A DNA stretch of 64,000 nt from Hormiphora californensis (Eukaryota > Animalia > Ctenophora): positions 3,658,001 through 3,722,000 of the forward strand of contig CM035362.1 in assembly GCA_020137815.1 (NCBI GenBank). The letters run 5' to 3'. The notes below the pieces were generated by a model. It was not told the DNA's origin and ran no database searches. It saw only the letters and a list, made by a program, of their open reading frames with translations. Both the position numbers and the translations under genes were made by a program. This document shows positions 28,101 to 39,975 of this stretch, piece after piece; within the stretch, counting starts at the first letter, position 1, and each line of letters opens with the position of its first letter.

Positions 28101-31100
28101 AAATTAAACTGGGGGAGGGGGACTCTTGGTTTGCTGCAACCTGTATTAAAATTAAACTGGGGGAGGGGCACTCTTGGTTTTGGCTGCTACCTGTATTAAA
28201 ATTAAACAGGGGGAGGGGGACTCTTGGTTTTGGCTGCTACCTGTATTAAAATTAAACTGGGGTAGGGGGACTCTTGGTTTTGGCTGCTACCTGTATTAAA
28301 ATTAAACTGGGGGAGGGGGGACTCTTGGTTTTGGCTGCTACCTGTATTAAAATTAAACTGGGGGAGGGGGACTCTTGGTTTTGGCTGCTACCTGTATTAA
28401 AATTAAACTGGGGGAGGGGGACTCTTGGTTTTGGCTGCTACCTGTATTAAAATTAAACAGGGGGAGGGGGACTCTTGGTTTTGGCTGCTACCTGTATTAA
28501 AATTAAACTGGGGGAGGGGGACTCTTGGTTTTGGCTGCTACCTGTATTATGGGGGAGGGGGACTCTTGGTTTTGGCTGCTACCTGTATTAAAATTAAACT
28601 GGGGGAGGGGGACTCTTGGTTTTGGCTGCTACCTGTATTAAAATTAAACTGGGGGAGGGGGACTCTTGGTTTTGGCTGCTACCTGTATTATGGGGGAGGG
28701 GGACTCTTGGTTTTGGCTGCTACCTGTATTATGGGGGAGGGGGACTCTTGGTTTTGGCTGCTACCTGTATTATGGGGGAGGGGGACTCTTGGTTTTGGCT
28801 GCTACCTGTATTATGGGGGAGGGGGACTCTTGGTTTTGGCTGCTACCTGTATTAAAATTAAACTGGGGGAGGGGGACTCTTGGTTTTGGCTGCTACCTGT
28901 ATTAAAATTAAACAGGGGGAGGGGGACTCTTGGTTTTGGCTGCTACCTGTATTAAAATTAAACTGGGGGAGGGGCACTCTTGGTTTTGGCTGCTACCTGT
29001 ATTAAAATTAAACTGGGGGAGGGGCACTCTTGGTTTTGGCTGCTACCTGTATTAAAATTAAACTGGGGGAGGGGGACTCTTGGTTTTGGCTGCTACCTGT
29101 ATTATGGGGGAGGGGGACTCTTGGTTTTGGCTGCTACCTGTATTAAAATTAAACTGGGGGAGGGGGACTCTTGGTTTTGGCTGCTACCTGTATTAAAACT
29201 AAACTGGGGGAGGGGGACTCTTGGTTTTGGCTGCTACCTGTATTATGGGGGAGGGGGACTCTTGGTTTTGGCTGCTACCTGTATTATGGGGGAGGGGGAC
29301 TCTTGGTTTTGGCTGCTACCTGTATTATGGGGGAGGGGGACTCTTGGTTTTGGCGATGAGGAGACCGATGGGATATATATCCACCTAGCAGCTCCAGGAC
29401 CCACGTTGGGTCACGGATAGCACAAACCAGTGCTAAAATATAAATCAAAATGAAGGATGGGGAAGGGCCAAAAATATAATAAACCTGTTCAAGTGCGGTC
29501 ATGACTTGTTTAATTTCCTCCTGAAGCTTCTCCCGCTCCACATCCGTGTTAACTATCTCATTGCCCAACTGTTCATTTTGTTGTACAACCATCGCAGAGG
29601 ACTGAAATGTAAAACAGGATGAAAAGGAGATTGATATTGCAAAATAGAGTTGGTGTCGATCATAAATAAACACGAATCGGTATACCCTATACTTGATAAT
29701 GGATATTTGTGGTATCTGGCTTAACTTCCAATAACACTTCCAATAACACGAATAACATGCCAATACGAAGATTGACTTCTCTCTAATTTGAAATTAGAGA
29801 GAAATTTTGTTTTGCGGGGAGGGAGGGTCGAACAAGGCAAGAGAAATTAGTCATTTCTAATTTCTAATCTCTAATTTCTACCTGTTTCTCCAGGGGGAGA
29901 GCTCAGCATCCCAGATTCCTAAGACTAACAATCAAACAAACAAACCTGTTTTTCCTCCTCCAATTCCTGCTTCAGCTGCTCGATTGTTTGACTGTGGATA
30001 TTCAACTCATCATCCTTGTCATCTAGAGCCTTGTAAAGACTATCTCGTTCCTTTACAAAGGCTATCCGGTCAGCTTCAGAGGCGTTATTGACACCTGCAG
30101 AGTGGAGATTAGACTCAATCAAAATTAAGTAGTATATATTGTCAATATATTCGGGGAAAATCTCAACTAAAAACGCTCCTCCAGCATTCTCAGACGTCCT
30201 AAAAAACCCTATAAACCCATCTCCGCACCTTTATTAAAGGAAGGTTAGAACAAACCAGGAACCGACCGAAACAAGTAAACAACCAATTAGAACTCGTTAT
30301 TTAGGTCACGTGACTGGTTATCAGCCAATTATGGACCAGTATTTCCTGATTCGGTCGGTTCCTGGAACAAACCCCTCCGCTATAACTTACCAAGAAGGTT
30401 GCTGATACTAGCAGTAGAAGGAGAAGGAGAGAGCTCAAAACCACCACTTCCCAAATTATTTCCAGTTTTACCACCAACCTGTATTTCAAAGGACAACGTG
30501 GTTTAAAATATTGTACAACCGGACCTCGAATTGCCGGGATGCTCGGGAAAAGAATTTTGGCCTGGTCAATAAAACTGAAGTATGTACATACTGATATACT
30601 GATATATATTGTCCCTATATCGTGGGACATTTTTTATCCTTTCAGTAAATCGAGGTTTGACACTCGTCCCTCCATTTTATATTTTGTCTTACCCGGGTTT
30701 GTTCGTCCTCCCCAACGGTCTCTCCCATCCTCCACCTCTGCAGCTCTGCATCGCATTTAGACAATAACAGCTTCAACCTTTTGTTCTTTTCAACCTCTTT
30801 CTCGTATCTGTTTGGAGGGAGGGAGAGAAACATGAGAAATAAGAAGAACAGAGGAGGGAGGGAGACCCCTCTTAAGGCCAGATGGGGGGGGGGTTGCTCT
30901 TTCTCGTACCCATCTGCTTGGAGAAAGACACCTTTCACAATTCACATTTATATACAAGTACGTGCTTTTCAGAAAAGAGATTGTTGCCCCAGAACATCAG
31001 AATTATCACACATTAGTCAAGTGCAGAGAACTCAAAACCTGACAAAAGTTCAGGAATGGGTTCGATTTTTTTGAGAAATATATTGTTTAATACCTTGCAC

Positions 31101-32367
31101 GCCACTCCTCGGCCGTCAGCTCCATGTTGACGGTAACAGTATTCTTGATGGTCTTGGCCCGAGTTCCAAACAAAACGGTAGATTTAGTTTCACTTTCATT
31201 ATAGGGCGAGGGAGAGCAACAGATGACAATAGTTGTCCGTGCGTTACCACCTGTGGAGGATTGTTAACTTGGTGGAAATCAGGAACCGACCGACACAAGT
31301 AAACAACCAATCAGAACTCGTTATTTAGGTCACGTGACTGGTCATCAGCCAATCAGGGACCAGTATTTCCTGATTCGGTCGGTTTCTGAAACTCACCCAG
31401 ACTCTCTTGCAGCACTCGAGTCATCTTGCTGTCACGGTAGGGTATGTGACTCTGTCCCTCGGATAAGGATGCAATGACATTTCCCAGTGAGGAGAGGGAT
31501 TTGTTGATGGTTTTAGCCTCGTCCAGAGTCATCCCCTCCGCTTGGGTCTTGCTCACCTGTTAAAATCCGCATATCATCGGAAAGAGCATAATTTTGTGAA
31601 TCCGTTTTGTTTGACGAAATTGGTCAAGAAACAAAGGCGTGAGAGCCAAAACAAGTTTCCGACGCGCAAATAAAAACTCGCACGCCACCCAGGGGGGGGG
31701 GGGTGACATCTTCAAAAAATCCGACTTTACCTTCTCACTCCCGGCAAGATCAACAAGATAGAGTTTTCCATTTAGCTTCTGCTGGGATTCAATGTTTACT
31801 TGAGAAATGGACAGTTGGAAGACGCTGTGAGAACGGGAACTATGCTCGTTCATGTCTGGGGGAGAAAGAGGTTGGGATTTCTCGCCCATTGTCTCATCTG
31901 TGCATGACATTACGCACTATCATGAATTTCCGGGCGGAATTGACCAGAATGAGGAGGAAAGAGCCTCAAACTAACAATTAATTAACTAATTAATTGATTA
32001 ACTAATTAATAATTAACTAATATATGATTAGATGACTGGTTAAAATGGTCTATTACTTTTTAGTGCACGAGGCCGAAGGCCGAGTGCTCTAAATACAACA
32101 ATAATGAACCGAGACCGACAGGTCGAGGTAGATCCTTTTACTTAGCTGCCGAGCCTGCGAGGCACGCTAAGTGTAACTACTGAGCGAGCCTGCGAGCTCT
32201 GTAGTTGTACTTTTGGGCCGAGCCTGCGAGGCCTAAAAGTGAAAGAATCTTTAACATTATTGTTGTGTAATAGAGCATGTAAAAGCAGTCATCTAATTTT
32301 ATTAGATGATTTTGGAAACAAACTGAGTGAAAGAGATAAAGATTGAGTGAGAGAGAGAGAAAGAGAA

Positions 32368-32434
<67 letters not shown>

Positions 32435-32614
32435 TGTGCAGTAGTCACTACTGCACAGTGCACACGCCCTAACCCTTATCTTTTCTTCCCCTCTGCAACT
32501 ATAGGTCACGTGATCGTCACGTGATGGCACCACACCAATGAGCGTCCTGCATCTGCTTTCCCTCTCTGCCTTCGATTCTCTCTTTTCCTATCTCTCTCTC
32601 TCACACACACACAC

Positions 32615-32689
<75 letters not shown>

Positions 32690-34177
32690 CCACTACACGC
32701 ACCACTCCCACATGGGGCCGTGAGGCCCCATGCGAGAGCAGGGTTAAATCCCCCGGACCCGGATCCTGTTGGATCTGAGGGCCCGGAGGGCCTGCGGAGT
32801 AAAGGTAGGGTAGGTAGAACAATGTACATACGGGTAAATTTAACAATGTACATATGGGTTAAGGAAAGGGGATGATTTTAAAAAGGGGGAAGTAAAGTGG
32901 GATTAAAGCTCATGGTGACGGAGCACAAGACCTCCTAAACTATCTGCAAAGAAGCCCAATCTGCTACAATGAATTCTAAGAAGAGACAACTTATCAGGAA
33001 CTGAAGAAGCAAACCGTCTGAATCTAAGGCAGCCTAAAACAAGCAGGAACGGGTTCGAGCGAAAAAAAACACAAATGGATGATGATTACATGTCGAGAGA
33101 GGACAGCCAGCCCGTTCCAGAGAAGCCAGCTGACCCCGTTCCAGAGAAGACAGCCGACCCCGTTCCAGAGAAGCCAGCTGACCCCGTTCCAGAGAAGCCA
33201 GCTGACCCCGCTCCAGAAAAGTCAGCTGACCCCGTTCCAGAGAAGCCAGCTGACCCCGTTCCAGAGAAGACAGCCACCCCGTTCCAGAGAAGCCAGCTGA
33301 CCCCGTTCCAGTAAGGACAGCTGACCCCGTTCCAGTAAAGACAGCTGACCCCGTTCCAGTAAAGACAGCTGACCCCGTTCCAGAGAGGACAGCCACCCCG
33401 TTCCAGAGAGGACAGCTGACCCCGTTTCAGTAAGGACAGCTGACCCCGTTCCAGTAAAGACAGCTGGCCCCGCTCCAGTAAGGACAGCTGACCCCGCTCC
33501 AGAAAAGACAGCCACCCCGTTCCAGAGAAGACAGCCACCCCGTTCCAGAGAGGACAGCTGACCCCGCTCCAGTAAGGACAGCTGACCCCGCTCCAGTAAA
33601 GACAGCTGACCCCGCTCCAGTAAGGACAGCTGACTCCGTTCCAGTAAAGACAGCTGACCCCGCTCCAGAGAGGACAGCCACCCCGCTCCAGAGAGGACGG
33701 CTGACCCCGCTCCAGTAAGGACAGCTGACCCCGCTCCAGTAAAGACAGCTGACCCCGCTCCAGAGAGGACAGCCACCCCGTTCCAAATAATCATCTCCGA
33801 TGTAGAACCCTATCAAAAATGGAAGAAGTGGGTTAGGGGGGCTAGTAGAACAAAAACAGTATTGGTTAGCGGATAAAGGGGCGTTGGGGGTCCACAGTTG
33901 GCTGGAAGATGCCTGTTCCACTGGTAACCCTGAGCCGGAGAAGGCGGGGTAGGAACATAATAGTTGGCGATAATACACTGTGGGCCGCCTTGCCAAGATG
34001 TTTTTGTATTTTGTATTTTCTGATTTTTTTCCGTATTTCTGATACACAGCCACGCTCAGCCGCGGCCACACGGACCTGGAAATCGAACAGGGGGAAAAGG
34101 GGATGGGGAAAAAGGTACTCCGTGTGACCCCGTTGCCCGGGGGAAACCGATTGGAGGTGGTGGCAGGTGGACCAACT

Positions 34178-34230
<53 letters not shown>

Positions 34231-35553
34231 ACTTAATCTTTATCCCGTTCACTCAGTTTGTAATGTTTGTAATGTTCACACTGTGTGCGTGTGACTAGAA
34301 AGTGTTTAATTTTTCACATACCACAGCAGCGGTATTTTACTTTATAATTACTAGTGTTTTTGCAGTGGTCTAAAATTTCACAGTACACTTTAACCACCGG
34401 AAACGGTGTACTGTGAAAACTTAGATAACTGGTTAAAATTGTCTAATAACTAATTAACTAATTAATAACTAATTAATTAATAATTGACCCACTTGTAACG
34501 GAGACGGCTCTGTTTGATTTCCCCTCTGCTATGATCTCCATAATCTCCTCGGGACTCCCCACAAACCTCTCCGTGACACCCTTTACGTAGGGAACCCGCT
34601 GTTTGTCCTCGTGGATGGGAAGGTTTGTCTTGGTCGCTGTGGGCGAGGGATTAAAGATTTATAACTCATCTTTTGTGTTTTATTGTATTGTTTTGGTTGC
34701 TGTGGGCGAGGGATTAATAAAAAATATGAACAATTCAAGTGTAAATGGGAATTTAATTGAGAATTTATAAGCACTTACTATCTAAAAGATCCCTAATCTT
34801 CTCCATGTATATCTCGAAATAGGAAACTTTAATGTGGAATTCCACATTTTCTTCCATCCCATAGATGTACCCGAATATGTCCTCCACAATTCGGGGGATG
34901 ATGCCCTGCCAGTGTGGCTCACCCAAGACACCCTGAAATAGAGGAGGTATTTTACCAGGCTAACCTTGCTGCTACGGTGAATTGGCGGGGGTGCTAGTGG
35001 GACTAGCTTTGGGTAGGTCAGTCCCCAGATCAGGAACCGACCGAAACAAGTAAACAGCCAATCAGAACTCGCTATTTAGGTCACGTGACTGGTTATCAAC
35101 CAATCAAGGACCAGTATTTCCTGATTCGGTCGGTTCCTGCTCCAGATACAGCAAACACAAACTAATTATGCTAACATGTAGCAAGGCAACCTCTTTCTCT
35201 CCGAGTGTCTTTAGCTATCTTACCTCCATTGTGTGAGTTTTTCCACTAGAGGTCTGTCCATAGGCAAATATTGTTCCATTGTATCCATTCAAAATATCTG
35301 AAATATACTTGGTTATAATTCATACCACATGACTGTAATGTCTCGGTTCGGAGTAAGGAGTGAACTGTGGAGTCTCTAGTACTCAACAAGTTCGGAGAGG
35401 ACGGCTTTTGTGAAAGGTAGAGTATGCATTGTGTATGCAGTATGCCTTATAACAATGCAAATTTGTAAAAGCAATTTCTATGTGTGTATTGTATTTGTTA
35501 CACGAGTGTTATTTAGAGGCCACCTGCACTCAGGTAGGAGAGAGATAGAGAGT

Positions 35554-35616
<63 letters not shown>

Positions 35617-37436
35617 CAGAGCTGAGGAGAGACTCATGATACTCCTCTCTGCGTCTTCCCTGTCCAGCCAACTACCGAAACCTGGTAAGCTCCCTCAGAC
35701 GCGCGCAGATCTGCTGCCCACAATCACTACTTTCTACCTAAGAAGGTTACTGCGCGTGCAGTAGCCTGAGACATGTCATAACTGGTATGGAACTGCTGCA
35801 GCAATCAAGTTGTAGAATACAGGTGGTCTCTCTCTTTTGCTCTTTCTCTCTATCTATCTCTCTCTCTATCTATTTCTCTCTCCCTCCCTCCCTCTCTCTC
35901 TCTGCTCTCTCTGCTCTCTCACCAATGTCAAAGATGGCAATCTGAGTCACGAGAAACGTGTATGAAAGGGAGAGATATTTTAGTATTATATTAGAGGGAG
36001 AGCGCTAAATAGAAATGTAGATCACTTTAGGTATTAGTATCGAAAACATCTGGTACCGGCTTCTCCATTTAGCTAAAATGGTTTGTTAACCCCCAAGCTG
36101 TAAGACACCCATAAACAAATTGTTGCCTGGAACCACTTCGAGTTAAAAGCTGTGTGAGTCTACAGCTTTCATTTGCTCTGACTGCTACCCTCTCTCTCTC
36201 TCTCTCTTGCAATTCAAGCGATTAATGCATATTCTGCCTATACACGAGAAAGGTTGAAAGAGACCATTAGCGACCGAGAAATGTAGTTCTCGGAGCTCAC
36301 ATGAGAATGGTTTCATGAAAAGTAATATATTTATTTTATGTGTCTTAGAGAGATAAAAAGTGGCTAAAAATAGAAACCTGCGAGAAGAAAAGAAGAGAAA
36401 AATACTACTTTTTTATTAATAATGTGTTGTTGAACTTAATATGATAAGTTTGCTATACTGAAGTGGCTTCACGATATGTGTGGTAATGAATAAGATTGGT
36501 AATATGAAGAAGGTGTACCGGCAACCTCTATTGGTCAACATGAAAAACAAGGGATTGGTTTACTATTTCGGCGTCCACACCTTCGTCAGAACTCAAATTT
36601 GTTTAGTAGTGTTGAAAAGTGTTGAAAAGTTTAAAATGAAGGAGTGGACGCCGAAACAGTTTAAACCAAGCCCTAAAGTCGGATTTTTTGAAACTGTCAC
36701 CCCAAAATGACCGCGCATGTGAAATTTATCAATTTTGACGCGCACACCACACGTTAACATGTGATGTGACGCGCAAAAACATTCCGCGCACGAAAAGGGG
36801 GGGTGACAGTTTCAAAAAATCCGACTTTACTTGTTTTTCCAATTTACCAATAACATACCAATTTAACAAGTAAAACAAGGAAGTTTTAGTTCAACAGTTT
36901 TACTTGTTAATACATAGCTCTTCGCAACCGTGAGTAGAGCACTCTCGGGGACAAGGACCATCAATAACATACCAATTTACATATCCATTACCTGACACAA
37001 TTGGTTTAGCAGCACAATTGTAGACCTCTTCTTGGGTAGCTTCCTCTCTAAAGATCCTATCAAACACAAACGTTTTTCCCTAGGAATAATTAGTCTTAGT
37101 TAATCCATCACTCTCTGTCAATTAATTAATCGGTTAATTGATCACTCTTTGTCAATTAATTGATTAATCTCATCATCGCTGATTTTTATACCAAATGTCA
37201 GGAAAATAAAATAAAATCCCAGAAAACAAATACATAGCCCGTAATTCAACTTACAAATGGTAAGTAATATTGTAAGTACTATGGTAAGTACTGGTAAGTA
37301 TTCAACTTACGTGTATGTTGACACACTCATCGCCAATGAATTTATAAGGGGAGGTTGTGTTCATAGCCTGCTCCTTTTCATTGAGTGGCCGAAACCGGGC
37401 CACAACCCGGATACTAACGGCATCCGGTTCAGCCAT
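21926..37436 (-). CDS. KIF5: Kinesin-1 heavy chain
   Basis: Exons give [13 protein letters not shown]-loop [13 protein letters not shown] (35224-35298), switch I NEHSSRSH, switch [32 protein letters not shown], neck [14 protein letters not shown], coiled-coil stalk, [14 protein letters not shown] and tail YIAKPIRGG; stop at 21926-21928. Exon 23376-23516 carries three 1-bp insertions. Confidence 0.97.
22154..22904 (+). mobile_element. 5'-truncated R4/Dong-type (restriction-like endonuclease) non-LTR retrotransposon inserted in (GA)n
   Basis: Translation [22 protein letters not shown]...KIEKYQEL...PIVIGALG...LQKSVL (stop 22501) is the PD..D RLE domain. It is followed by a roughly 400-bp 3' UTR ending GTAGTGGACC, with (GA)n on both sides. 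Confidence 0.88.
24925..25115. repeat. GC-rich complex tandem repeat derived from a kinesin splice acceptor
   Basis: Units GGGTGGACCTGGGG(ACCTGAGG/AAGAGAGG); on the minus strand they read ctcttccccag|RTCCACCC, matching the true acceptor at about 24936. Confidence 0.8.
25369..25641. repeat. 21-bp minisatellite (AAACCCTACCGGCTAGTTGGT), about 13 copies, intronic
   Basis: Direct inspection; produces the spurious KPYRLVG ORF. Confidence 0.95.
27345..29353. repeat. 50/41-bp minisatellite of about 40 copies built from a kinesin 3' splice site
   Basis: Unit GGTTTTGGCTGCTACCTGTATTAAAATTAAACTGGGGGAGGGGGACTCTT, with a shorter variant in which AAAATTAAAC is reduced to one A. The minus strand reads ...tttaattttaatacag|GTAGCAGC. 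Confidence 0.95.
33100..33785. repeat. 23/24-bp minisatellite (CAGCTGACCCCGTTCCAGAGAAGC variants) inside the retroelement
   Basis: About 29 diverged copies seen directly. Confidence 0.93.
34049..34183 (-). ncRNA. Putative HDV-like self-cleaving ribozyme at the retroelement 5' end
   Basis: Hand fold on the minus strand: P1 GGGGGGA/UUCCCCC; P2 GCCAC/GUGGC; P3 ACC/GGU with L3 UCCAAUC; P1.1 CC/GG followed by GCAAC as in genomic HDV; P4 GGUCACACGGA/UCCGUGUGGCC (11 bp); J4/2 G-CUGA (CNRA, catalytic C at 34059). Confidence 0.75.
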
Positions 37437-38026
37437 TGTAGAATCAGTGGCTATTGCAGAATATAGTGGGTTAGAATGGGGGGGGGGGTGGGGGTCAGCC
37501 ATTATCTGTTATATCAGTGGCTATTGCGGAATATAGTTGGTTAGAATGGGGGTTCAGCGATTTCTAATGCAGAATATAGTCGAGGTAGGTAAGCCATAAG
37601 GGGTGGTCAGATTTTAAAATGTGAAAAAGGACGATTAGGGCAAATATAAAATAAAACTATGAGTGAACGCAAGGTCGGGTGGAAGGTGGGGATGGGATAT
37701 AAAAACAGCAGATTGAAATTAAAGGAAAAACATATCAAGTTGTTAAATGTATTGATTATTGGTTAAATAAAATAATAACAGGGTGATAAAGAACTTGAAC
37801 ATAGATTTAGGAGTCAAATATTACCGCCCATATTTAGCACCCAAACGCTTTGTTAAAGTTCTCCATCTTTGCCACAACGATGTAATATATCGTATACATA
37901 CACGAATATATACAGTCGGACCGGCCACCGGGACTTACTGGGCTACACCGGGCCCCCAGGGGGGGGGGGGGGCTTGTCCGCTTGCTAAATTGAGGTCCCG
38001 CTACATCAGGGCCCGACTGTATATTA

Positions 38027-39353
38027 CCGTAATCTGGGGTAACTTTGTTTTGCAGGGTAACTTTGGATACTTTCAAAATTTGGCTTTAGTCCAAAATTAC
38101 CAACAGATAACGAGAGATTTGGAAAAATTTTTGGGTGTACAAGTAACTGATCCACAAATGTCTAACTAACGGTACAATTATTTTTTCCAAGTCTATGCTA
38201 ATTAGCTCCTAATTAGGGTCAAACATAATTGATGTCAAAATCGCTAAAAATGTTCAAATCAAAATGGGTACCATAGATCTGACCGGGCAAATGATCGAAT
38301 CAAGTTTGCTCCATAGAGTGGAAGGGTTTCGATCAAATAATTCGGGGCACCATTTTTCAAATCCGACCAATTACTTTAATTGAGACTAATTGGGGTGGCT
38401 AATGTTACCCCACCATATTTTGAATTTTGGGGTAACTTTGGACGGGGTGCCAAAGTTACCCCATACTACATGATTTGAACTTTTGATGTCTGCAGACTTG
38501 TTTAGAACCATCTGACCAAGATTTAGCTCGATCCATGCCCATTTTCATCGATCTATTCTCTAAGGTAGTAAAAAACCAGAATTAGTTCTACTTTATGGAG
38601 CTAAATCATAGAAATCCGACCTGAAACCCATCAAACTTCAATAATTTGGGGTCCCTCATCCATTCTGTAGCTTGGTAGATGGTATTGACCCTCTAGGCGA
38701 GTCTATTAGTTCTTGTGGACATTCTATGCAGGAACACAGGCACCAAAACTCCTTTATTTAGCCAGTACCCATAAGTGTCCGGCCACTTCCTGGCGGTCCA
38801 ATTCAGTAAAAAGAACTAATACTGCCGCCTAGGGGCCCAATACCACCTACCAAGCTAGAGGGTGGATGAGGGACCCCAAATTATTGAAGTTTGATGTGTT
38901 TTAGGACGGTTGTTTGTGATCCAGCTCCATAAAATAGACCAAATCCTCGTTTATTCACTACATTTAGCGAGTAGATGGATGAAAACGGGTGTGGATTGGG
39001 CTGAATCTTGGTCATATGGTCCTAAACAAGTCAGAGAGGGTCTAAGGCAACTCTACAAACGCTCATATCGAAAACCTAAACATTTTATGTTCATTTATTT
39101 ATCATTGCAAAATGTGTCCAAAGTTACCCCACCCTCATTCCAAAGTTACCCCATGCCCTAAAACCCCACTTACACTAAAATACGTGTTAATTAATCTAAT
39201 TAAATGAGACGGGACCAAAAATTTCACTAGTTATATCTGGTGTACTGGGTCTGGAACGGGATTATTTGGTTCAAAAATTTTCGAGTGTGGTTCTGGCAAG
39301 GAGTTATTTTAGGAGAATGCTAAAAAGTGGTACAAAGTTACCCCAACTTACGG
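38027..39353. mobile_element. 1.3-kb non-autonomous TA-flanked DNA transposon (CCGTAA..GGGGTAACTTTG termini)
   Basis: Imperfect TIRs at both ends, repeated GGGTAACTTTG subterminal motifs and an internal inverted repeat 38629-38699 / 38826-38896. Confidence 0.75.
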
Positions 39354-39528
39354 TATATGTAAAATCGTCTACATACGAAAAAAAAAACAAGACATAACAA
39401 TAGCCAATAAATAAAATAAACACTCGATGACAACAGATAGAATATAGAACAAAGTTGGTTGAGGGAGAAAATTATAGAAATCGAGGGGAGAGATAAAGAG
39501 AGAGAGAGAGGGAGAGAGAGAAAGAGAG

Positions 39529-39615
<87 letters not shown>

Positions 39616-39975
39616 TTGAAAATGTAAGCATACTCAGTCAGACGGTAGTGCGTGACTTACTCCAAATTATCTCTCTTTGGTTTAAGTATGTAACTCACTC
39701 GCTAATAGTACACACACATCCCCACAAATTATCATATTATGTGGCAAAGTACAGACACAAATGTGGCATAGTAAAGACAACATGGAAAAATATGGTAGAC
39801 CAGACCAGCACACAGATCAAAATAGATCTTGATCGTTTCTCAGCTCAAGTAGTCTCAAATCTTTCAAATTGTAGCCTAGATATATTCTTCCCTGTTCATA
39901 GCTCATGTCCATTAGATATTCTCCCCAGATTTATCTAGATATTCTGCCCATATCTACCCAGATACTCTCCCACAT

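Larger units (their letters stand above)
32687..34184 (-). mobile_element. Non-autonomous (SIDE-like) derivative of the RLE retrotransposon, inserted in (GA)n
   Basis: 32687-33055 is the reverse complement of the 3' UTR at 22543-22904, with the same terminus. There is no RT/RLE ORF, the interior holds a minisatellite, the 5' end is ribozyme-like, and TC tracts lie on both sides. Confidence 0.85.
32056..34420. mobile_element. Host foldback element with GA/TC arms containing a nested retroelement
   Basis: Inverted match of 32318-32360 with 34220-34260, terminal hairpins at 32058-32093 and 34375-34417, and imperfect direct repeats TTAGATGACTGGTTAAAATGGTCTA / TTAGATAACTGGTTAAAATTGTCTA flanking. 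Confidence 0.5.

Noticed and set aside
27437-29420. Repeat ORFs ([19 protein letters not shown])n
   Set aside because: Translations of the minisatellite, antisense to a kinesin intron.
33034-34071. Overlapping ORFs on both strands (PEKPADPV / LERGQLS repeats)
   Set aside because: Products of a 23/24-bp minisatellite with frame-shifting units; no coding signature.
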